From: an uncultured Erysipelotrichaceae bacterium
Lineage (GTDB): Bacteria; Bacillota_I; Bacilli_A; Erysipelotrichales; Erysipelotrichaceae
Direction: 5' to 3'
Assembly: GCA_964457525.1 (NCBI GenBank)
Contig: CAYWGS010000055.1
Span: forward strand, 1 to 6,412
DNA length: 6,412 nt
The stretch's first letter is position 1. The number at the start of each line of letters is the position of its first letter. The position numbers were made by a program, and so were the translations under genes. The notes beneath the pieces were generated by a model. It did not search any database, was not told where the DNA came from, and worked only from the letters and a program-made list of their open reading frames with translations. Positions 1 to 6,214 of the stretch are shown here, piece after piece.

Positions 1-1292
1 ACATGGAATGTTTGTGGGAACATATCAACTGGTTGAATACGTTCAATCTTGTACTTATCTTGTAATAAGACACAATCTCTCACTAATGTAGAAGGATCAC
101 AAGAAACATAGACTAAACGAGATGGTTCTAATGTTTTGATCGCATCAATCGTATCTTGATCTAACCCTTTACGAGGAGGATCCACCACAATCACATCCAT
201 CTTGACATTGTTTTCGACTAACATCTTAGTCGCAATTGCCGCATCTGCCACAACAAATTCAATGTTAGATATGTTATTAATTTCCGCATTGATTCTAGCG
301 TCATCAATCGCTTGTGGATTGATTTCAGCGCCATAGACTTTCTTAGCTTTTTCACTAGCAAATAATGCGATTGTTCCAATACCACAATATAAGTCTAAGA
401 CAATCTCATGTGATTGAATGTTTGCGAAATCAATTGCGGTTTCATACAACTTCTTGGCTTGAACTGGATTAACTTGATAGAAAGAGTTTGCGGAAATTTG
501 GAATGTAAAATCACCAAGTTGATCCGTAATTTTTGATTCTTTGGTTAATTGAATGGTCTTCTTTCCAAGAATGACATTATCATCTGCTGGATTAACATTA
601 AGTAGAATTGCTTTAATATTTGGGAAAGTCTCTTTAAGTGCTTCTACAATTTCATCTTGTAATGGTAAATGTTTATTCTTATGAATAAATACCACCATAA
701 TTTCTTCACTCACAATACCCTTTTTAATGAGTACATGTCTTAAATCTTCTGGTGTTACTTCATGTTCAACATAAAAGTCCTTGATGAAAGCTAGAATCTT
801 ATTACTGTCATCATTTTGAATAAAACACGTTTCAAATGGTAAAATATCATGACTGTGAGAACGATAGAAACCATAAGTTAATCCCTTTTTAGTTTCAAAA
901 GGAACTTGGGATTTATTTCGATACATCCATGGATTCTCCATACCAATGACAGGAAGAATATCAAATTTCTGTTCAAAAGAACGGTCAAATAAATGCTTTA
1001 CATGATTGTGCTTAAAGTATAGTTGATGTTCATATGACATGTGTTGAACTTGACATCCACCACAGGAATAAGCAATTGGACACGTAGGTACAACGCGATC
1101 TTTACTCTTCTTAATAAATTCCTTAACTCTTCCATAAGCTAATTTTTTATTAACTTTTAAAAGTTGAACGTCTGCCTCTTCACCTACTAACATATCCTTT
1201 ACAAACACCACAAAACCATCTACTTTACATACTGCTAAACCTTGTTCCGTGTAATCAACGGCCGTTAATCTTAAAATTTCGTTCTTTTCCAT
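1..1292 (-). CDS. rlmCD: 23S rRNA (uracil-C5)-methyltransferase, RumA/RlmCD family (TRAM domain + [4Fe-4S] cluster + class I SAM methyltransferase). The 3' end is cut by the window edge: 430 complete codons, no stop seen.
   Basis: Not in the supplied ORF track. Hand translation of the reverse complement from ATG (1292..1290) stays open to position 1. It begins MEKNEILRLTAVDYTEQGLAVCKVDGFVVFVKDMLVGEEADVQLLKVNKKLAYGRV (TRAM-like). Cys cluster PTCPIAYSCGGCQ (CX5CX2C, nt 1053..1082) plus FETCF, matching the four Fe-S ligands of RumA. SAM motif VLDLYCGIGTIAL, then VVDPPRKG, catalytic-Cys motif VYVSCDPSTLVRD (Cys codon 99..101), and MFPQTFHV running off the edge. The paralog assignment (RlmCD versus another RumA-type enzyme) is inferred from position downstream of gatCAB. 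Confidence 0.88.
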   Translation of the reverse strand, partial: MEKNEILRLTAVDYTEQGLAVCKVDGFVVFVKDMLVGEEADVQLLKVNKKLAYGRVKEFIKKSKDRVVPTCPIAYSCGGCQVQHMSYEHQLYFKHNHVKHLFDRSFEQKFDILPVIGMENPWMYRNKSQVPFETKKGLTYGFYRSHSHDILPFETCFIQNDDSNKILAFIKDFYVEHEVTPEDLRHVLIKKGIVSEEIMVVFIHKNKHLPLQDEIVEALKETFPNIKAILLNVNPADDNVILGKKTIQLTKESKITDQLGDFTFQISANSFYQVNPVQAKKLYETAIDFANIQSHEIVLDLYCGIGTIALFASEKAKKVYGAEINPQAIDDARINAEINNISNIEFVVADAAIATKMLVENNVKMDVIVVDPPRKGLDQDTIDAIKTLEPSRLVYVSCDPSTLVRDCVLLQDKYKIERIQPVDMFPQTFH

Positions 1293-1299
1293 TTGCGTT

Positions 1300-1321
1300 A
1301 AAAAAGAGGACAAAGCCTCTT
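1300..1321 (-). terminator. Weak candidate rho-independent terminator or attenuating hairpin between the 210-aa ORF and rlmCD
   Basis: The minus strand reads AAGAGG-CTTTGT-CCTCTT followed by TTTT: a 6-bp stem with 3 G:C pairs (1316..1321 pairs with 1304..1309), a 6-nt loop, and a T-run at 1300..1303. The 5' arm overlaps the TAA stop at 1320..1322. The stem is short and AT-rich, so the call is marginal. Confidence 0.25.
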
Positions 1322-1952
1322 AGTTTCCTTCACTTTCTGTATTGGTGTTATCTGTTGTTCCATCGGTATTCGTAGAGTCTTGATTCTTCTCATTCAATTT
1401 ATCAAGAAGTTGTTGAGCTAATTCAGGATTAACTGGAGTCAATAAATCTTGAACCGAGAATGTTTCCATATTTGCATTCTTAACAACCTGAATATAAGTT
1501 GTATGCGTATCCCCAACTTTATCGATAATATTGACTTCTAAGTCATACATCTTCTTGGTATCAGTTGCGGTAAAATACTCACTAAATGGCACAACACCAT
1601 TAATCTTATCCATAATATCTTGAACAAGTTCAAGTTTTGATTCCTCATCAAGTCCTGAAGGAATTGTAACTGTAATCCTTAGCGTCGCAGCCTTAAGATT
1701 AATTTCATTCACAGTCACATTTGGCAATGCAATAATTGCTTCCTCAGTTAACCCAACTAAATCCTTTGTAATCTCTGGTTCTAAATCATTGTTAAAACGA
1801 TTTCCTGCAATAACTGACCCTGTCTGTAAACTTGATTGTAATAGAATACCACCAATGATCAAGCTAGGAATTAAAACAAACGCAATTCCTAAGGCAAAGA
1901 CGATATTACTAAAGGTGAATTTAAATTTAAAGTTCTTTTTTTGTTTCGTCAT
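1320..1952 (-). CDS. Hypothetical membrane-anchored protein, 210 aa, with a predicted N-in/C-out single-pass signal anchor and an extracytoplasmic alpha/beta domain. No family recognised.
   Basis: ORF track entry. ATG at 1952 is preceded by GGAG (1958..1961, 5-nt spacer). Lys-rich N-terminus MTKQKKNFKFKF, one 22-residue hydrophobic segment, then about 150 aa of alternating amphipathic helix and strand patterns (e.g. ATLRITVTIPSGLDEESKLELVQDIMDKING). It ends in a T/N/D-rich tail. I recognise no catalytic or binding motif. Confidence 0.7.
   Translation of the reverse strand: MTKQKKNFKFKFTFSNIVFALGIAFVLIPSLIIGGILLQSSLQTGSVIAGNRFNNDLEPEITKDLVGLTEEAIIALPNVTVNEINLKAATLRITVTIPSGLDEESKLELVQDIMDKINGVVPFSEYFTATDTKKMYDLEVNIIDKVGDTHTTYIQVVKNANMETFSVQDLLTPVNPELAQQLLDKLNEKNQDSTNTDGTTDNTNTESEGN
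1839..1904 (-). other. Predicted transmembrane signal-anchor helix of the 210-aa protein (residues 17-38, IVFALGIAFVLIPSLIIGGILL)
   Basis: A 22-residue uncharged hydrophobic stretch follows 5 Lys in the first 11 residues (positive-inside rule). There is no plausible AXA cleavage site within 3-7 residues of the helix end, so an uncleaved anchor is more likely than a cleaved signal peptide. Confidence 0.65.
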
Positions 1953-1957
1953 AAAAT

Positions 1958-1961
1958 CTCC
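1958..1961 (-). promoter_or_regulatory. Shine-Dalgarno (GGAG) for the 210-aa ORF
   Basis: The minus strand reads ACGGAGATTTTATG, with a 5-nt spacer to the ATG at 1952. Confidence 0.6.
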
Positions 1962-1969
1962 GTGTTTCT

Positions 1970-1997
1970 ATTATAACTCAAATCAACATAGTTTCAA
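1970..1997 (-). promoter_or_regulatory. Candidate sigma-A-type internal promoter upstream of the 210-aa ORF
   Basis: Minus strand: TTGAAA (1997..1992), a 16-nt spacer, then TATAAT (1975..1970), in the 46-nt gatB/210-aa spacer. Such hexamers arise by chance in AT-rich DNA, and the resulting leader would be only about 10 nt. Speculative. Confidence 0.25.
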
Positions 1998-1998
1998 A

Positions 1999-3426
1999 TT
2001 AAGGTTTACGTTTCATTAATCCTTCAACCAATAATTGATTCGTGATAACAGGATTTGCCTGCCCTTTAGATTTCTTCATAATCTGTCCCATCAAGAAACC
2101 TAATGCACGATCTTTACCATTATGATAATCAATAATGGACTGTTCATTCTCATTTAGAATATCCTCAACCATTTGAACTAAGACCGATTGATCCGATACT
2201 TGTTCTATATTTAGTGCTTTAACGGTCGCATGATATTCATTGCCCTTAAGTAATTCTACAAAAATATCCTTCGCTTGTTTAGACGATATTTCTTGTTTAC
2301 CTAAAGCATTAATCATATGACCCATTTCTTTAATCTTAAGAGAATAGGATTTCTCGAGTAATTGCTTAGAGCTAAAGTTCGCAAGAATATCGGATAAACA
2401 CCAGTTTGCGGCTAACTTAACATAACTTGTTTCTTGGATGAGTTCATCAAAGAAGTCTGAAAGAGCTTTATTCTGAATAAGTTGACCCGCATCATAGGCA
2501 TTTAATCCTGCATCCATGTATCGTTTTTCACGACGATCTGGTAGTTCAGGTAAGTTCTCTTGAATTGATTTCATCCAATTTGAATCAATTAAGACAGGTG
2601 GAATATTTGGTTCAGGGAAATATTTATAATCAACACTTCCTTCTTTCATACGCATTAAGATGGTTGTTTTTTGAACATCATCATAACGACGTGTTGCTTG
2701 TTCTACAGGTTGATTATTTTCTAATAATTCAGTTTGACGAATCACTTCTGATTGTACAGCTTTTTCGATATTAGAGATGGAGTTTAAGTTCTTAATTTCA
2801 GTCTTAACCCCAAACGCTTCAGACCCAACTTCTCGTAGCGAGATATTTACATCGCATCTGAGTGATCCTTCTTCCATCTTGCCATCTGTAACGCCTAAAT
2901 ATACAAGAATATTACGAAGTTTCTCAACATAAGCCATTGCTTCTTGAGCTGAGCGAATATCTGCTTCTGAAACGATTTCTACCAAAGGGGTTCCAGCACG
3001 ATTGAAATCAATCCATGTTTCATCATCGGAATGATATTGTTTTGCTGTATCTTCTTCCATATGGAGTCGATTAATACGAATACGTTTTACGCCATTATCT
3101 GTTGGAATATCTAAATATCCATTCTTTCCAATTGGATAAAATTGTTGGGTTATTTGAAAACCTTTAGGTAAGTCAGAATAATAATAATTCTTTCGATCAA
3201 ACTTAATCAGTGGATCAATTTCACAATTAAGCGCCATACAAGCCATTAAAGACAATCGAACAGCTTCTTTATTTAAAGATGGAAGTGTACCAGGATGGCC
3301 TAAATCAATTTCATTCACACAAGTGTTTGGTAAACTACTTACACTCACAGGTGCAGAAGAAAACATTTTAGTTTTTGTTTTGAGTTCACAATGGATTTCT
3401 ATTCCAATAACTGTTTCGTAGTTCAT
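1999..3426 (-). CDS. gatB: Aspartyl/glutamyl-tRNA(Asn/Gln) amidotransferase subunit B
   Basis: 475-aa ORF. The N-terminus MNYETVIGIEIHCELKTKTKMFS, followed by NYYYSDLPKGFQITQ and NRAGTPLVEIVSEADIRS, is typical of GatB. The C-terminal YqeY-like tail is GFLMGQIMKKSKGQANP. It lies directly downstream of gatC-gatA with an ATGA overlap. Confidence 0.97.
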   Translation of the reverse strand: MNYETVIGIEIHCELKTKTKMFSSAPVSVSSLPNTCVNEIDLGHPGTLPSLNKEAVRLSLMACMALNCEIDPLIKFDRKNYYYSDLPKGFQITQQFYPIGKNGYLDIPTDNGVKRIRINRLHMEEDTAKQYHSDDETWIDFNRAGTPLVEIVSEADIRSAQEAMAYVEKLRNILVYLGVTDGKMEEGSLRCDVNISLREVGSEAFGVKTEIKNLNSISNIEKAVQSEVIRQTELLENNQPVEQATRRYDDVQKTTILMRMKEGSVDYKYFPEPNIPPVLIDSNWMKSIQENLPELPDRREKRYMDAGLNAYDAGQLIQNKALSDFFDELIQETSYVKLAANWCLSDILANFSSKQLLEKSYSLKIKEMGHMINALGKQEISSKQAKDIFVELLKGNEYHATVKALNIEQVSDQSVLVQMVEDILNENEQSIIDYHNGKDRALGFLMGQIMKKSKGQANPVITNQLLVEGLMKRKP

Positions 3427-4847
3427 TCATTTACCTCTTTAATCTGATCACGAATGCCTGTTGTACATTCAATTCCATATGCGATATCTAATAATTTCGC
3501 ATCTTCATGCGCATAAGCCGTCAAGTTAATTCCAACTGGTAATCCATCGACAAGACCCATAGGAACAGTGATACTTGGATAACCTGAGAAGTTCGCAAGT
3601 GCCATGTAGTTTTCCGCAATTAAATACTCTTTCGATAATTGATCGGATGTCGCATCATCAAACTTTGGAGCGCCCTGTCCACTTGCCGGAGCCATAATTA
3701 CATCCACTTCACTTAAGACACGTTTAACATCTTCTACGATTAATCTTCTTACTTTTTGAGCTTTGCGGAATACTTCTTCTTGGTTTTCTGTAAACAATGC
3801 ATAAGATCCAATAACGAAACGTTTCTTAAGCAATTTACCAAATCCAGCGGTACGGGATTTAATCATGGATTCATCCATGGTTTGACCTTCTTTTAATACC
3901 CCAAAACGTAAACTATCTAGATTTGAATGGTTTGCGGTGGCTTCCGCATTCGCAATAATATAGTAAGTCGGTAAAAATGCATGCATTAAATCTTCATTCA
4001 AACGAATTGAAGTAATAATTGCACCCTTTGATTCTAATTTTTCACAAATCTCTTTAAACTGAACTAAGGTTTCTTTGTTCTTAATGGAATCTACGACATT
4101 TTGAATAATCCCAATTCGTTTACCCTTTAAATCGCCCACACAAAGATCACGATAATTTAAAACCGGTAAGCTTGATGAAGTCATATCACGATCATCACGA
4201 CCCGCTAAGACTTCAAGCGATAATGCCGCATCTTTAACATTGGTTGTAAAGACACCTACATGATCTAAAGAAGACGCATATGGAATAACACCATAACGTG
4301 AAATACGACCATAGGTTGGTTTGAATCCAACAATATGATTAAATGATGCAGGTTTACGAATTGAATCACCTGTATCTGTTCCGATTGCCATTGGCACAAC
4401 ACCCGTTGCCACAAGGACAGCACTACCACCTGATGATCCTCCAGACATACGGCTTAAATCATACGGATTCGCCACTGGACCTGTCCAAGCAGTCATATTG
4501 GTCCCACCCATACCAAAGGTATCACACGATGCTTTACCAATAATAATCGCTCCAGCATCTTTTAGTTTTTTTGTAATTGTCGCATCATAAGGAGAAATAT
4601 AGTTATCTAGAATACCACTACTACCTGTTGTACGAGTATCTTTCATATTAACAAGATCTTTTAACACAACAGGTAGTCCATAGAATGGACGATCCTTAGA
4701 GATATTTTCTAAGTTCTTAATCTGTTCTGTAGGATCAATAAAAGATACCATCGCATTTAATGACTCTTGTACTGCATGTGCTTTTTCAACTGCTTTGTGT
4801 ACACGTTCTTCAACGGTAGTGGATTGAATTAATGTTTGAATATCCAT
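3423..4847 (-). CDS. gatA: Glutamyl-tRNA(Gln)/aspartyl-tRNA(Asn) amidotransferase subunit A (amidase-signature family)
   Basis: 474-aa ORF. The amidase signature GGSSGGSAVLVATGVVPMAIGTDTGDSIRKPA fits the PROSITE-type pattern as I recall it. Putative Lys63/Ser138/Ser162 have the same 75- and 24-residue spacings as the Ser-cisSer-Lys triad of characterised GatA. It sits between gatC and gatB. Confidence 0.97.
   Translation of the reverse strand: MDIQTLIQSTTVEERVHKAVEKAHAVQESLNAMVSFIDPTEQIKNLENISKDRPFYGLPVVLKDLVNMKDTRTTGSSGILDNYISPYDATITKKLKDAGAIIIGKASCDTFGMGGTNMTAWTGPVANPYDLSRMSGGSSGGSAVLVATGVVPMAIGTDTGDSIRKPASFNHIVGFKPTYGRISRYGVIPYASSLDHVGVFTTNVKDAALSLEVLAGRDDRDMTSSSLPVLNYRDLCVGDLKGKRIGIIQNVVDSIKNKETLVQFKEICEKLESKGAIITSIRLNEDLMHAFLPTYYIIANAEATANHSNLDSLRFGVLKEGQTMDESMIKSRTAGFGKLLKKRFVIGSYALFTENQEEVFRKAQKVRRLIVEDVKRVLSEVDVIMAPASGQGAPKFDDATSDQLSKEYLIAENYMALANFSGYPSITVPMGLVDGLPVGINLTAYAHEDAKLLDIAYGIECTTGIRDQIKEVNE
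3434..3437 (-). promoter_or_regulatory. Shine-Dalgarno (AAAGAGGT core GAGG) for gatB, embedded in the last codons of gatA
   Basis: The minus strand reads ATTAAAGAGGTAAATGAATGA. GAGG lies 7 nt upstream of the gatB ATG (3426..3424). Confidence 0.7.
4350..4442 (-). other. Amidase signature segment of GatA (residues 136-166), including the putative cis-Ser138 and nucleophile Ser162
   Basis: Codon positions were checked against the plus strand (GGSS is the reverse complement of 4431..4442). The motif is GGSSGGSA...GTDTGDSIRKPA. Confidence 0.85.
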
Positions 4848-5141
4848 TTAGCCCACCACTTTCTGTGTTACAAAGAACCCATTCTTTTGTTTAGGCGCAT
4901 TCTTCAATACTTCTTTTAGTTCTAGAACATGTTCAACTTCATCTTCTCTTAAGAACGATGTAGGTTCTTCAAAAGGATAAACCATAGGTTCAACCTGTTC
5001 CGTATTAATTTTATCCAATAAACGCATTTGAGAAATTAAAACATCAAATTCCTTCTTAATATCCAATGTCTCTTCATCACTCAACTCAAATCGACATTGT
5101 AAAGCGAGTGCTTTAAATCCTTGTACATCCATTTCTTTCAT
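4848..5141 (-). CDS. gatC: Aspartyl/glutamyl-tRNA(Asn/Gln) amidotransferase subunit C
   Basis: 97-aa ORF of the size and position expected for GatC. It has the typical segment LDKINTEQVEPMVYP...LREDEV. Its TAA stop (4848..4850) directly abuts the gatA ATG (4845..4847). Confidence 0.9.
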   Translation of the reverse strand: MKEMDVQGFKALALQCRFELSDEETLDIKKEFDVLISQMRLLDKINTEQVEPMVYPFEEPTSFLREDEVEHVLELKEVLKNAPKQKNGFFVTQKVVG

Positions 5142-5147
5142 CCGTTT

Positions 5148-5153
5148 CTCCTT
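5148..5153 (-). promoter_or_regulatory. Shine-Dalgarno (AAGGAG) for gatC, overlapping the stop codon of the CamS-like gene
   Basis: The minus strand reads TAAGGAGAAACGGATG. The AA of the TAA stop (5152..5154) begins the SD, with a 6-nt spacer to the ATG at 5141. Confidence 0.75.
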
Positions 5154-6213
5154 AATACGTATAAATAATATCTAAGTCATTGTCTTCAGACAACTCAATT
5201 AATACATAAGTCTCAGAAATTGAATTAATCCGAACCACAATTGGGAAATCCCTTTGATCCATATCCTTCAATAATTCTGTCGTATACTGCGTTAATGCAC
5301 GAATTTCAGAATACGTTTTAGCCTGTATGGTTAATGTAATTCTTAAGAAATCGGTTTTATTATCCACATAACGTGCTTCCCCAACCACACCAATACTCTC
5401 AGGAATAAAGGTTGTGATAGATGATTTAAAGTTATTAAACTTATCCGCTAATGACGCATCTAAACTACTTGCTTGAGTCGATGGAAATAAAACCCATTGC
5501 TCATTGTTTGATTTAAACTGACCACCACGTGTTGTGAAATAACCATCCGCAATATATCTACCCGGTAATACCGCATCGGTTGGATTTGTCACATACAATC
5601 CAATATAGATTGGAATATCTTCCATATCACTTAAACTTCGAACATAACGATCGAGTTTACGTCCCATATTCGATCCATAATCATATAGCACTTCATCACT
5701 TACTGTGACTAATCCATCCGGTGTACTTAAACTTTGATTGAGTACAATTGCGAAGGATAAACCCGCAAGCTTATAGTCACCAGCGCTTTGCTGGTAGAAA
5801 TCAATCTCCATAATATCCGCTACGACAACCGCATCGAGTACCGCGATATCCGATGTCCCTACTAAGAACTCACTTCCAGCAGGTGGATTTAATCCATAGG
5901 GATTATCTGTACTTTCACGTCGAACAAGCTTGGTTAGATCTGAATTCGATATTACTTGTCCTTCGGAAAGATAATAATCATTCACACTAAAATACTCTTT
6001 ACTCTTATCTTCTAAACGCGAACCGATTTCCAAGAAATCAGCTCTTCCCAAATAAGTCCCATGATATTGACGAATGGTTGAGGCTTCAAATGGAAGGATA
6101 ATACTGTACTCATTTTCTTCATCCTGATCAATGATCACTCTTTGATCCACTGTTGGTTCAGATGAACAAGCAGTTAAAAGGAGGATAAATAAACATAATA
6201 ATATTTTTCTCAC
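5152..6213 (-). CDS. camS: CamS/YerH-family lipoprotein (sex pheromone cAM373 precursor family), 353 aa, GTG start
   Basis: The signal peptide MRKILLCLFILLLTAC has the lipobox L-T-A-C. The mature protein shares blocks I recall from staphylococcal CamS and B. subtilis YerH: LPFEAS..R, GLNP, EIDFY, DIPIYIGLY, and VGEARYVD near the C-terminus. It holds the canonical position between ligA and gatC. The start is GTG (6213..6211), 6 nt after AGGAGG. Confidence 0.82.
   Translation of the reverse strand: MRKILLCLFILLLTACSSEPTVDQRVIIDQDEENEYSIILPFEASTIRQYHGTYLGRADFLEIGSRLEDKSKEYFSVNDYYLSEGQVISNSDLTKLVRRESTDNPYGLNPPAGSEFLVGTSDIAVLDAVVVADIMEIDFYQQSAGDYKLAGLSFAIVLNQSLSTPDGLVTVSDEVLYDYGSNMGRKLDRYVRSLSDMEDIPIYIGLYVTNPTDAVLPGRYIADGYFTTRGGQFKSNNEQWVLFPSTQASSLDASLADKFNNFKSSITTFIPESIGVVGEARYVDNKTDFLRITLTIQAKTYSEIRALTQYTTELLKDMDQRDFPIVVRINSISETYVLIELSEDNDLDIIYTY
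6166..6213 (-). other. Type II (lipoprotein) signal peptide with lipobox LTAC. The predicted lipidated Cys16 is encoded at 6166..6168.
   Basis: The n-region is MRK, the h-region is ILLCLFILLL, and the lipobox L(-3)T(-2)A(-1)C(+1) matches [LVI][ASTVI][GAS]C. Codons were verified on the plus strand (aca at 6166..6168 gives TGT). Confidence 0.8.
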
Positions 6214-6214
6214 A

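Noticed and set aside
1936-1942. A7 homopolymer (minus strand) at codons 4-6 of the 210-aa gene, considered as a possible slipped-strand phase-variation switch
   Set aside because: Seven bases is short, and it simply encodes Lys codons (CAA AAA AAG). A similar A7 run occurs inside gatA (4566..4572), with shorter A/T runs elsewhere. This is expected in an AT-rich genome.
1320-1952. Possible remote resemblance of the ectodomain (VNEINLKAATLRITVTIPSGLDEESKLELVQDIMDKING...YDLEVNIIDKV) to the Asp23/Gls24 strand-helix pattern
   Set aside because: It is only a generic beta-alpha-beta periodicity seen by eye. Asp23-type proteins are cytoplasmic, whereas the positive-inside rule places this domain outside the membrane. 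I cannot produce a real alignment without profile tools, so no family call is made.
1789-2019. 76-aa plus-strand ORF overlapping the 5' end of the 210-aa gene, the spacer, and the 3' end of gatB
   Set aside because: It is antisense to well-supported genes. The product is low-complexity and hydrophobic or basic, as expected from reading AT-rich coding DNA backwards. It has no SD and spans a gene boundary, so it is a shadow ORF.
2565-2774. 69-aa plus-strand ORF inside gatB
   Set aside because: It lies entirely antisense within a highly conserved gene, with no SD, promoter context or recognisable motif. It is a typical shadow ORF.
4362-4367. Asp instead of the usual Gly immediately before the putative nucleophile Ser162 of GatA (DTGDSIR versus the common DTGGSIR), considered as a possible inactivating change
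   Set aside because: The amidase signature pattern as I recall it allows any residue at that position. All other signature positions and the Lys/Ser/Ser triad spacing are intact, so there is no basis for calling it a pseudoenzyme.
4343-4543. 66-aa plus-strand ORF inside gatA
   Set aside because: It is antisense to the most conserved part of gatA, the amidase signature. Its His/Pro/Leu/Gln-rich composition is what the reverse reading of Gly/Ser codons produces, so it is spurious.
6193-6195. Cys7 in the CamS-like signal peptide (ILLC) as an alternative lipidation site
   Set aside because: Leu at position -1 violates the lipobox, and the preceding hydrophobic region would be only three residues long. 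The L-T-A-C16 site is canonical.
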